From Alphaproteobacteria bacterium (GTDB taxonomy: Bacteria; Pseudomonadota; Alphaproteobacteria; SHVV01): a DNA stretch of 64,000 bases. The notes below the pieces were generated by a model. It worked only from the letters and a program-made list of their open reading frames with translations. It made no database searches and was not told the origin of the DNA. The stretch is from NCBI GenBank assembly GCA_965261735.1, contig OZ253470.1, forward strand, positions 4,576,001 to 4,640,000, in the 5' to 3' direction. Positions 1-8,710 of this stretch are shown one piece after another; within the stretch, counting starts at the first letter, position 1; every line of letters starts with the position of its first letter. Made by a program: the position numbers and the translations under genes.

Positions 1-1028
1 CGGCTCGAGCTGCGCGGCGCGCTCGGCGAGGTCCGGCGGGCCGACGATGGCGCCGTCCTTCACGACCTGCTCGCCGTCGATCCAGATCGACTGCCGCTTG
101 ATGACGGCGTCGGGGTGGTTTTCGCCGCCGCCGGGTTGCCAAAACGGAATGCCGAGCCCGACCGCGTCGTTGCCGCGGGCGCGCGCGTCCTCGACGAACG
201 ATGCACCGGTAAAGCGCGCCGCTGGGTGAATGCCGCAGGTGAAGTGGATGACGTGGCCGTAGTCTCCGCCGCCGGCCCGCCGCAACGCCCGGTCCATCAC
301 CTCGCGCTCGCTGCCGCCGCCGCTGATGTCGTGAATCTTGCCGTCCACGCCGAGCGTCATCGGCTCGGCGAAGGCGGTGTAGTATTCATGAAACGCGGCG
401 TCGACCCCGATGGCGCCGCGCACCGACTCCGGCTCGGGAAATATCGTCACCATCCCGGGGACGAAATAGAGGCCGGGTTTCTCGGCCCGGCGCGGCTTTC
501 CGAACGCCGGTTTCGCGATCGTGAACGTGACCTCGGTGCCGGTGTCGTTGGTGATGCGGCATTGTCGACCGATCGCGCCGCCGACAACGGCATCGAAAGC
601 GTGATGCACGGCGAAGAGCCGGTCGAGATCAACGCGCGCGAACAGCCGCACCATCCCTTCGGCGGTGAGATCGCTGGCCAGCAAATAGCGCGCGCGGCCG
701 GGCGACATCGCCTCGTCGTGCGCCCGCGATCCCGCGATATAGGGGAACGTGAGTCGATCCACACCTCGCATTCCTTTGCCGCCGCGGCTAGCGGCGCCGG
801 AATATACGGGTCGGCGAGCGCCCCCTGGAACGGGAGCCGCAGCATCACCACGAGGACCGGCTGGGCACCGAGCGCGCTGGCGCCATTCATAACCGCCTCG
901 ACCACCGCGCGGTCGGACGCAGTGTCGGCGGTGATCAAAACGCTGGCGCCGCGCTCGACCGCGAGATAGTCGGCGAGAAGCACGTTCGCGGCGTGGGCCA
1001 GCTCCGGACCGACGGGCGAGGTCATCAT
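1..1028 (-). pseudogene. NicX-like / M29-fold metalloenzyme, paralog of 1053..2093, frameshifted; 3' end runs off the window
   Basis: N-terminus aligns with the paralog. A 1-nt loss at ~751-752 (ATC GAC TC ACG vs paralog IDLT) shifts the frame; the shifted frame continues TFPYIAGSRAHDEAM...HVIHFTCG...GGGENHPDAV to position 1. Confidence 0.75.
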
Positions 1029-1052
1029 GTCTCGTGTGCCAACTTCTGCGTC

Positions 1053-2093
1053 TCAGTTGTAAAGGGGCTCGAACCCGTCCGCCAGCTTGGCGACCTTCGC
1101 CGGGCCGACGATGGTGCCCTCGTCGACGATCTGCCTGCCGTCGATCCAGATCGACTGCATCGTCACCACCGCATCGGGATGATTCTCGCCGCCGCCGGGC
1201 TGCCAGAACGGGATGCCCAGGCCGACCGCATTGTTGCCGACGACCCGCTGATCCTCGACGAAGCACTCGCGTGTGTAGCGCGCCGCGGGCTGAATGCCGC
1301 AGCTGAAGTGAATGACGTAGCCGTACTTGCCGCCGCCCGCGCGCTTCAGCGCCCGGTTCATCACCTTGCGCTCGTTGCCGCCACCGGTGACGCTGCGGAT
1401 GCGCCCGGCGAGGTCGAGCGAGATCGGGCTCGACAGTTTCGTGTAATACTCGTGGAAGGCGCAATCGACCGTGATGCGGCCCTTGACCGACTCGTGCTCC
1501 GGCCAAAAACCGACCGCGCCGGGCACGGAGTAAAGGCCCGGCAGCTTGGCCTGGCGCGGCTTGGGGTAGGGCATCTTGGCCAACGTAAAGGTGACGTCGG
1601 TGCCGGCCTCGTTGGTGATTCGGCAGGTTTCGCCGACCGCCTTGGAGGTCACGCCGATGAGCGCCTTGTGCACCGCAAAGAGCCTATCGAGATCGACCTT
1701 TCCGAACAGGCGCACCAGAGCGGCGGCGGTGAGGTCGCCGCATAGGATGTAGCGCAGGCGGCCGCCCTTCATCGCCTCGTCGTAGGCGCGAGAGCCACCG
1801 AGATAGGGGAAGGTGAGATCGATCAGGACGTCGCAGTTCTGCATCGCCACCGCCAGCGGCTCGGCGATATAGGGATTGGCCAACGCTCCCTGAAAGGGCA
1901 GCGGGGGAATGACGTTGACGACGGTTCGCGCGCCCGTCGAGTCCGCCGCATTGAGGACCGCCTCGACCACGGTCATGTCCGAGGACGTATCGGCGGCGAT
2001 GAGAACGCTGTCGCGTCGCGTGACCGCGGTGTAGTCCTTGACCAGCACCTCGGCCGCGTGTGCGACCTCGGGTCCGATGTTCGACGTCATCAT
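1053..2093 (-). CDS. NicX (2,5-dihydroxypyridine 5,6-dioxygenase)-like / leucyl aminopeptidase M29-fold protein
   Basis: 346 aa. N-terminal VLIAAD..., TNEAGTDVTF, and C-terminal HFSCG ... NHPDAVV...IWIDG motifs give a His...His-x-Asp metal triad as in NicX. Confidence 0.65.
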   Translation of the reverse strand: MMTSNIGPEVAHAAEVLVKDYTAVTRRDSVLIAADTSSDMTVVEAVLNAADSTGARTVVNVIPPLPFQGALANPYIAEPLAVAMQNCDVLIDLTFPYLGGSRAYDEAMKGGRLRYILCGDLTAAALVRLFGKVDLDRLFAVHKALIGVTSKAVGETCRITNEAGTDVTFTLAKMPYPKPRQAKLPGLYSVPGAVGFWPEHESVKGRITVDCAFHEYYTKLSSPISLDLAGRIRSVTGGGNERKVMNRALKRAGGGKYGYVIHFSCGIQPAARYTRECFVEDQRVVGNNAVGLGIPFWQPGGGENHPDAVVTMQSIWIDGRQIVDEGTIVGPAKVAKLADGFEPLYN

Positions 2094-2223
2094 AGTGACT
2101 CCCTCCAGCTGCCAACGGGGTTGGTCCCGATCGGCAATGCGTCGCGCGCCACACTGCTCGCGTCGCGATGTCTACGATAGTGGGCTCGATCGCCGATCTT
2201 AGCAGCCCGGGATTTCAAGTGAC

Positions 2224-2241
2224 AATTAACCTGGGTTAATT
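2224..2241. promoter_or_regulatory. AT-rich palindrome, candidate transcription-factor operator between divergent genes
   Basis: AATTAACC-TG-GGTTAATT, perfect 8-bp arms in a GC-rich background, between the divergent starts at 2093 and 2319. Confidence 0.55.
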
Positions 2242-2318
2242 CGACCCGGACCGGGCGGGCTTTAGGCTGGATATCGGAGGCGAAGCGTCCGTCGATGCGG
2301 TCGAAGGAGGACGATCCA

Positions 2319-3467
2319 ATGGCGATTACCGATATCGCGCCACCAGCGATTGGCGAGGGCCTCGACGCCCTGCGCCAGCCAATCAAGCGGGCGGAACATG
2401 CGCCCGGCTACGTGTACTCGTCGCCGGAGGTGCTCGCCCTCGAGAAAGAGAACGTGTACATGAAGGATTGGCTCTTCATCGGGCGTGAGGAGGAGCTCGA
2501 GAAACCGGGCGACTACCTGACCTTCCACGTCGTCGGCGAGCCGATCGTCATCACGCGCGACCAGGACGGCCAGCTCAACGCCTTCTCGAACGTCTGCGCT
2601 CATCGCGGCGTCGAGGTCGCGGCGGGCCAGGGCAACGCCAAGGAGTTTTCGTGCCCCTACCACGGTTGGCTCTACGACCTGAAGGGGCGGCTCATTGGGG
2701 CGCCCTACATGAAGGAAACCGAGGGGTTCGATCTCAAATCGTGTCGGCTGAAGCCGCTCCGTATAGGAACGTGGCGGCGCAACGTCTTCGTCACGTTCAA
2801 TGACGCCGCGCCGCCGCTCGAGGTGTTCGTCGCCCAGTTCGAGCAGGACTTCGCCTTCCTGCATCCAGAGAGGTGCCGCCTTTCCGGTCGGATTGTTTGG
2901 GAATTCGACTGCAACTGGAAGTTGTTATCCGAAAACGCGATGGACATCTACCACGTGGGCGTGCTGCACGCGAAAACGTTCGGTGCCGGCACGTCCGTCG
3001 ACGACGCCGAAATCCATCTTCATCCGCGCGGCGGCATGCGTATCGACTACGCCTCGGTGCCCATGACGCCCGGGGGCAAGACCCTGTTCGGCAACCTGCC
3101 GTGGCTCGCCGACGAGCCCGCGAGCTTCGCCACGATGGGCTTCATGCAGCCCAACATGCACATGGTGGCGCGTAGCGATCACGTGCGCCAGCTCACGGCG
3201 TGGCCGCTCGAACCCGGCCGCTGCCAGGTCATCATGTACAGCTTGTTTCCTGAGGAGTATTTCGAGCAACCGGATTTCGAGGAGAAGGCGGAGACCTACC
3301 ACAAGTACCTCAAGGGCGTGCTCGAGGAAGACCGCTCGATGGTCATCTCACTGCAGCACGCGATGACGATCCGCGGCTATCAGCCGGGGCGCATGGCCTG
3401 GCTCGAGAAGCCCATCCACCACGTGCTCAATGGGTTGGTGAGTCGGATCCTCGACGGTGAGGCCTAG
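2319..3467 (+). CDS. Rieske non-heme iron oxygenase alpha subunit (choline monooxygenase-like group)
   Basis: CAHRG...CPYHGW Rieske motif and NWK...DIYHVGVLH iron motif; RBS AAGGAGG upstream of ATG 2319. Confidence 0.9.
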   Translation: MAITDIAPPAIGEGLDALRQPIKRAEHAPGYVYSSPEVLALEKENVYMKDWLFIGREEELEKPGDYLTFHVVGEPIVITRDQDGQLNAFSNVCAHRGVEVAAGQGNAKEFSCPYHGWLYDLKGRLIGAPYMKETEGFDLKSCRLKPLRIGTWRRNVFVTFNDAAPPLEVFVAQFEQDFAFLHPERCRLSGRIVWEFDCNWKLLSENAMDIYHVGVLHAKTFGAGTSVDDAEIHLHPRGGMRIDYASVPMTPGGKTLFGNLPWLADEPASFATMGFMQPNMHMVARSDHVRQLTAWPLEPGRCQVIMYSLFPEEYFEQPDFEEKAETYHKYLKGVLEEDRSMVISLQHAMTIRGYQPGRMAWLEKPIHHVLNGLVSRILDGEA

Positions 3468-3483
3468 GCAGAGCGCGCGGGCC

Positions 3484-4998
3484 CTAGATCGAGCGCCAGT
3501 CGACCGCCTGCTCGAACGCGTGCGCGGCGCGGTAGAGTGACGACTCGTCGAAGTGCTTGGCGATCAGCATCATGCCGATGGGCAGGCCCTCGCTCCACGC
3601 ACAGGGCACGGTCAGCGCCGGATGATGGGTAAGATCCGACGGCGAGGTGTTCGTGGACTGCTCGAACTGACGCCGCACGATCTCGGCGAGGGGCGCAGCC
3701 GGGCCCGGCATCTTGTGCGCCTTCATCGGCACCGTCGGCATGAGCAGGAGATCGTACTCCGCGAGCGCGGCGTCATAGGCGGCGCGGAGTTGGCGGGCGA
3801 GGTTGAGGGCCTTGCCGTAATAGTGACCGCAATGGTGACGGTTGACGTACTGGCCCAGCATCATCCCGACCTTGAGACCCGGTGAGAACTCGTTGGACCA
3901 CCGCTTCCAGCCGCGCAGCGCGTCGTTGAGGCTGGTCACGAACAGGCCGCCATGGCCGTTGCCCATGCCGTTGCCGAACAGCATGTTCTTGAGGTAGCCC
4001 TCGGGCCCGAAGCAGAGCCAGATCTTCGATCCGTCGCGATGCAGCGGGATGGAAATCTCGTCGACCGTGACCCCCAGCTTCTTGAAGCGCCGGGCGGCCG
4101 CCTTGACCTTCCGGTCGACGTCCGGCTCGGAGTCTTCGAACCCGAAGCCCTCCTTGACGACTCCGATTTTCATGCCCTTCGCGCTTCGCTTCAGCGCGTT
4201 CGTATAACGCGCCGTTCTGAGGTTGCGCTGGCGCGGGTCGATGCCATCCTCACCGGCGACGACCTCGAGCAACAGTGCGTTGTCCGCGACGGTGCCGGTC
4301 ATCGGGCCGGTGTGATCGACGTTGTACTCGCTCGACAGGATGCCGGTGTAGGGGACGAGGCCATAGGTCGGCTTGAGGCCGTAGATGCCGCAGTAGGCGG
4401 CGGGAATGCGGATCGATCCGGCCTGGTCACCGCCCATCGCCATGTCGACCTCGCCCGCCGCGACGAGCGCCGCGCACCCCGATGACGAGCCGCCCGCCGA
4501 GTACCCCCTCTTGTGAGGGTTATGAACGGGTCCGGTGCTGGCCGTGTGGCTGCCCCCGGAATAGGAAAAGTACTCACACACCGCCTTGCCGACGATCTCG
4601 CCGCCGGCGTCGAGGATGCGGTTGACGATTTCGGCATCGACATCGGGGACATAACCCTCGAGCGAGGAGGCACCATCCATCAACGGCACGCCGGCGAGGC
4701 AGATCGTGTCCTTGAGCACGATCCGCTTGCCGGCGAGCTTGCCGCGGGCGCGGCCCTTGATCGAGCTTTTCACATACCAGGCGCCATACTTGTTCTCCCG
4801 ACCCTGCGGCCGGTAGCCGGGGGTTCGCGGATACCTGACCGGAGGCAGGTTGTCGGGCATCTGGTCGAGAAAGTCGTGCGCGACCATCGACCCCTTGATG
4901 ATGTCGAGGTAGGCCTCGACCTCGTGCTCGCTGAGGTCGAGGCCGAGGTCCGAAGCGACCTCCCTGAGCTGCGACTCGGTCGGGCGTCGGATGGTCAC
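3484..4998 (-). CDS. amidase (amidase signature family)
   Basis: LKD, GGSSSG and GGDQAGSIRIPA motifs (Ser-cisSer-Lys triad); 504 aa, GTG start. Confidence 0.92.
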   Translation of the reverse strand: MTIRRPTESQLREVASDLGLDLSEHEVEAYLDIIKGSMVAHDFLDQMPDNLPPVRYPRTPGYRPQGRENKYGAWYVKSSIKGRARGKLAGKRIVLKDTICLAGVPLMDGASSLEGYVPDVDAEIVNRILDAGGEIVGKAVCEYFSYSGGSHTASTGPVHNPHKRGYSAGGSSSGCAALVAAGEVDMAMGGDQAGSIRIPAAYCGIYGLKPTYGLVPYTGILSSEYNVDHTGPMTGTVADNALLLEVVAGEDGIDPRQRNLRTARYTNALKRSAKGMKIGVVKEGFGFEDSEPDVDRKVKAAARRFKKLGVTVDEISIPLHRDGSKIWLCFGPEGYLKNMLFGNGMGNGHGGLFVTSLNDALRGWKRWSNEFSPGLKVGMMLGQYVNRHHCGHYYGKALNLARQLRAAYDAALAEYDLLLMPTVPMKAHKMPGPAAPLAEIVRRQFEQSTNTSPSDLTHHPALTVPCAWSEGLPIGMMLIAKHFDESSLYRAAHAFEQAVDWRSI

Positions 4999-5050
4999 GG
5001 GTGGATCCCCCTTGCGGTTCGACAGCGGCGCGCTACCACGTGACGAAGCA

Positions 5051-5302
5051 TCAGCGGAAGTAGAGGCCGCCGTCGACGAAGATCGACCGTCCGCTGATGA
5101 AGGCCGCCGAGTCGGAGGCGAGGAACATCACGGCGCCGACGATATCCTACGGCGTTCCCGTCCGCTTGACCGCCTGGGCCGCCGCGAACTCCGCCATCAC
5201 CGGCGCGCCCTGGGCTGCAAACGCATGGGCATAGGCGCGACCGATGCCGCGGCCGCTTCCGGTGACGATGGCAACGCGGCCCTCGACGCTCGGGAAGGAA
5301 TC
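5051..5302 (-). pseudogene. short-chain dehydrogenase/reductase remnant
   Basis: GRVAIVTGSGRGIG N-terminus joined in frame to the C-terminal RTGTP*DIVGAVMFLASDSAAFISGRSIFVDGG. The core is deleted and there is an internal TAG at 5147-5149. Confidence 0.8.
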
Positions 5303-5330
5303 AGGCCCGCCACCTTGAAGATAGCAGGAG

Positions 5331-6665
5331 CTAGTTTCGCTCGCGCCCGGACGCTGCGACGGCCCGGTCGAAGACCTCGCGTGAAAGCCTATGGAGGAGC
5401 GCTTCTTCTTCCTCACCCGATGGAGCTGGCGCGACCCGCATGATCGTCTCGCGCGAATAGGTCGGCACCGTACCGTTCGCGACCCGATCGATTCCCTTGG
5501 GGTCCTCGCCTTGGGCAACCGCTTCGATGCCCTCGCGCAGCATCTTGCGCAACATGGCGACGCCGCGGTCCGCCGTGCCGAGGTGCTCGGCGGCATGGAT
5601 CGCGATCGGCCGCTGGCCGACCTGGGCGTCGTAGTCCCCGGGGAAACGTTGCCGTTCCTCGTAGGGGCGGTTGCCATAAAGGGCCCGGGTCGCGGGCGCG
5701 GGGTTCGATACGTAAGTTTGCTCCTCGTCCGGTCCATAGAAGATGAACGAGTAGTTGAGGGTGTGGGTATCGTCGACCGGCACCTTCCAGCGGATCAGAT
5801 GGGGCCCGGCCACGATCTCGCTCTCGCCGCCGCCATAATGGGGCGGCAGAAGCGGCACCGAGCACACCTGGACCGCAGTCGGACAGATATACTCCATCGA
5901 GCGCACCCAGACATCCTCACCGAGCCGCCGCGCCTCGTGGCAGGCGATGCCGATCGGCGTCTCCCACCAATCGATCTCGCCGAGGATCGCGACCTCCTCG
6001 ATGGGACGGCGGTCGCGATCGAGGAACTGGAGGCCGCTGCTGCGCGCATGCAGAAACGCCTCGTGCGCCTGGTCGGGGGTGTTGTCCATCATCTGCAGCC
6101 AGTTGCAGGGCTGCAGCGTGGCGGCGAAGGTATGGACCTCGCCGAGGCCGAGAGTGGTCTCGGGATCCTCGAAGCTGTCGTAGATCGGAAACGACGGTTT
6201 TTTGTCGGGTGGGCCCATGTAGGCGAACACCAGGCCGTGGTACTCGATCGTCGGATAGGCGCCCTGGTAGAGCTTGCCCTCGTAAGGGTTGCCGTCTGGC
6301 TCGGCGGGCGCCTCGAGGACCGCGCCGTCGATGTCGAAGTGCCAGCCGTGGTAGCAGCACTTGATCCCGCGCTCCGCGATCTGGCCGAACTCGAGCGAGG
6401 TGCCGCGGTGGCTACAGTGGCGCTCGAGGAGTCCGACCTGTCCACTCCCGTCGCGGAAGACGATGAGGTCCTCGCCGAGGATTCGGATCGCGATCGGCAG
6501 GTCGCCGAGCGTCTCCGAGTGGATCACCGGGTGCCAGAAGCGCCGCAGGTACTCGCCGCTCGGTGTGTCCGGCCCGACCCGCGTCAGCACATCGTCGACC
6601 GGCGGCAGCACCGCCTGCCGGTAGGCGCCATAGCTCTCTGTCAGGAAACGCGACTGCCCCGCCAT
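5331..6665 (-). CDS. Rieske oxygenase alpha subunit (phthalate 4,5-dioxygenase/LigX-like)
   Basis: LTRVGPDTP..EYLRRFWHP N-terminus, CSHRG...CCYHGW, DQAHEAFLH, EHLGTADRGV. Confidence 0.88.
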   Translation of the reverse strand: MAGQSRFLTESYGAYRQAVLPPVDDVLTRVGPDTPSGEYLRRFWHPVIHSETLGDLPIAIRILGEDLIVFRDGSGQVGLLERHCSHRGTSLEFGQIAERGIKCCYHGWHFDIDGAVLEAPAEPDGNPYEGKLYQGAYPTIEYHGLVFAYMGPPDKKPSFPIYDSFEDPETTLGLGEVHTFAATLQPCNWLQMMDNTPDQAHEAFLHARSSGLQFLDRDRRPIEEVAILGEIDWWETPIGIACHEARRLGEDVWVRSMEYICPTAVQVCSVPLLPPHYGGGESEIVAGPHLIRWKVPVDDTHTLNYSFIFYGPDEEQTYVSNPAPATRALYGNRPYEERQRFPGDYDAQVGQRPIAIHAAEHLGTADRGVAMLRKMLREGIEAVAQGEDPKGIDRVANGTVPTYSRETIMRVAPAPSGEEEEALLHRLSREVFDRAVAASGRERN

Positions 6666-6681
6666 GTGTTTCGATCCCTTC

Positions 6682-7821
6682 TCAGTCGTCGAGGAAGGGG
6701 CCTGCGTCGCGCCAGATTCGCATGGTCGAGCAGTGCAGGCCCCCGCCCGTGCGCATGAATTCGGCGTAGGGTACCTCGATCACCTCGACACCGGCCTTGC
6801 GCACCGCCGCGACCGCATTGGGCGCCTCGGACATCATGATGACCCGGCCGGGCTCGAGCAGGGTTAGGTTGGCCGGTCCATAGAGCACGTGCTCGTCGGT
6901 CTCGCATTCGACGATCTCGAAGTCGTGGTCCTTGAGCCAGCGCCAACTCTGGAAGTCGATCCCCGGCAAATAGGCAATGACCTTGCGATGGTCGAGCGGC
7001 CCGATGACCATGTCGGGGTGGTGACTCACGCCGGACTGGGGATGGAAGTACATACCGCCCGCACACTGGAGCACCAAAGAAGTCATCTCGTCCGCGAGAC
7101 AGCTGCGCTCGACGACGGGGATGAGCTGGTCGAGTCCCTCGTCGTTGAAGGCGATGCCGCTGGCGGCCACGAACACGTCCTCGGCGAGCCACAGGCACGG
7201 CCCTGCCTCGGCGACACCCGTGCCGGTGATCGTCGCCACCGGAGGGATGCCGAGCCGGGTGTGCGCCCACAGCGCTAGGTACTCGGATCGGCCGAAGCCG
7301 AGCGGGCTAACGGCGATCTTCTCGATGATCGAGCCGCCGCGCACGATCAGCAGCTCGTTGGCCGCCCAGGTCCCGCGCTGGGGGCCATAGGGCCCCACCG
7401 GCGGATTCGGGTAGGCGACCCGGTGGGCGACGACGCCGGCCGCCTCGAGCGCGGCCTCGTACCCCAGGCTTTGGTCGCGCATGAGGGCGGTGTCGAGCTC
7501 GTTGTGCGCCAATCCCATCTGCGGGAAGTAGGCGGGATCCTGGTCGTACGCGACGTAGCGCTCATGCTCGGTGATGTCGATGAGCGCCACCTCGCGCAGC
7601 TTGCCGATGCCGTTGGCGCCGAACTCGCGGCCGTAGATCTTGGGGTAGATGTCGAGGGCGTCGATGTTGTGCCAAGTGTCGACCGACGGCGCCTCGCCGC
7701 GCACGTAGCCGGGCATCGCCGTCAGGTCGAACCCACCGGCGCGTATCTCGTCCTGCATTTCGGCGACGCGCTTTGCCCATGCGGGCGGCAGCTCAGGCGT
7801 GGTTGGGATGTTGGAGGCCAT
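6682..7821 (-). CDS. amidinotransferase / dimethylargininase / arginine deiminase superfamily protein, atypical
   Basis: GKLREV N-terminal motif, HHPDMV, ANLTLLEPGRV and C-terminal GGGLHCST with the catalytic Cys. Confidence 0.8.
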   Translation of the reverse strand: MASNIPTTPELPPAWAKRVAEMQDEIRAGGFDLTAMPGYVRGEAPSVDTWHNIDALDIYPKIYGREFGANGIGKLREVALIDITEHERYVAYDQDPAYFPQMGLAHNELDTALMRDQSLGYEAALEAAGVVAHRVAYPNPPVGPYGPQRGTWAANELLIVRGGSIIEKIAVSPLGFGRSEYLALWAHTRLGIPPVATITGTGVAEAGPCLWLAEDVFVAASGIAFNDEGLDQLIPVVERSCLADEMTSLVLQCAGGMYFHPQSGVSHHPDMVIGPLDHRKVIAYLPGIDFQSWRWLKDHDFEIVECETDEHVLYGPANLTLLEPGRVIMMSEAPNAVAAVRKAGVEVIEVPYAEFMRTGGGLHCSTMRIWRDAGPFLDD

Positions 7822-7898
7822 GGCGACAAACTAAACGGCGCCCGTCGGCGAATCAACGACGAAGCGGCGCGGCCAACGCCGCGCGCCGCCCAGCCGGT

Positions 7899-8555
7899 TT
7901 ACTGGGGCGAGGGCCGCCAGCCCGCCGCCAAGGCTGCCTTCTCGCTGCAAAACATACGCTCGCCCTTGGCCCTGTCGAGTTCGATAAGCGCGTACATCTG
8001 GCCGCTCGGCAGATGATAGATCTTCTCCCCACCGCGGCTGATTTCGCCCTTGATGTTGCAGTTCCTGACAGCCGAGGCCTTGACCGTAAGCCGCTTGCCG
8101 CTCCGCCATGCGTGAGGCTCTATGAAGGAGCCGCGCCAGACACCCTTGCGGGCCACCTTGGCCGCGCGCTCCTCCTTTGCGTAGGCGCTCGAGTTGCGCC
8201 GATCTGCGATCGCCCAGCCCTCCGTCACGAGCCAGCCGTTCACGTCCTCTCCTTCGACGAGACATACCGCGAGCAGGTTCCCTTCCGTATCGTGGTCGAC
8301 GCCGAAGCAGTTGAGGGAGCGCCGCCCGATGTAGTTTCCGAGCGCCTCCGTAGCGCGCTGTCCGCACGGCCACCATTCGCCCTCGAACAGGCAGGACTGG
8401 GCGGCCTCCGGTGCGTCTATCCCGCTGAGCCGGATGCGCTCTTCCTTCAGAACCAGCGTGTCTCCGTCGATCACGCGCGCCCGGCCGCCAGTCTGCGCCT
8501 GCGCCGCGGCGGGCAGAATGGCGAGTACGGCGACGAGCCCGATGGCGTGGGCCAT
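7899..8555 (-). CDS. secreted thermonuclease (SNase)-like protein with C-terminal CNIKG...GERMFCSE domain (ExoI-like)
   Basis: Signal peptide MAHAIGLVAVLAILPAAAQA, then VIDGDT, RIRLSGIDAPE and KGVWRG. The longer ORF call from 8741 is an artefact of the adjacent IS. Confidence 0.85.
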   Translation of the reverse strand: MAHAIGLVAVLAILPAAAQAQTGGRARVIDGDTLVLKEERIRLSGIDAPEAAQSCLFEGEWWPCGQRATEALGNYIGRRSLNCFGVDHDTEGNLLAVCLVEGEDVNGWLVTEGWAIADRRNSSAYAKEERAAKVARKGVWRGSFIEPHAWRSGKRLTVKASAVRNCNIKGEISRGGEKIYHLPSGQMYALIELDRAKGERMFCSEKAALAAGWRPSPQ

Positions 8556-8651
8556 AGCCGCGAGCGCACAACCGGGTGTGCGCTCAGGTGCTCGACGGCA
8601 TCTCGTGGACATGGACCTCGCGCCCCGAATGTTTGGACCTTGCCTATCCGG

Positions 8652-8680
8652 TTGACACCCACACCCACTAGGGCTAGAAT
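8652..8680 (+). promoter_or_regulatory. sigma70-like promoter in the IS left end, driving the transposase
   Basis: TTGACA-N17-TAGAAT, 30 nt upstream of ATG 8711. Confidence 0.65.
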
Positions 8681-8710
8681 GGGCGCAACCCGGATATAGG
8701 GGAGCGCGCC

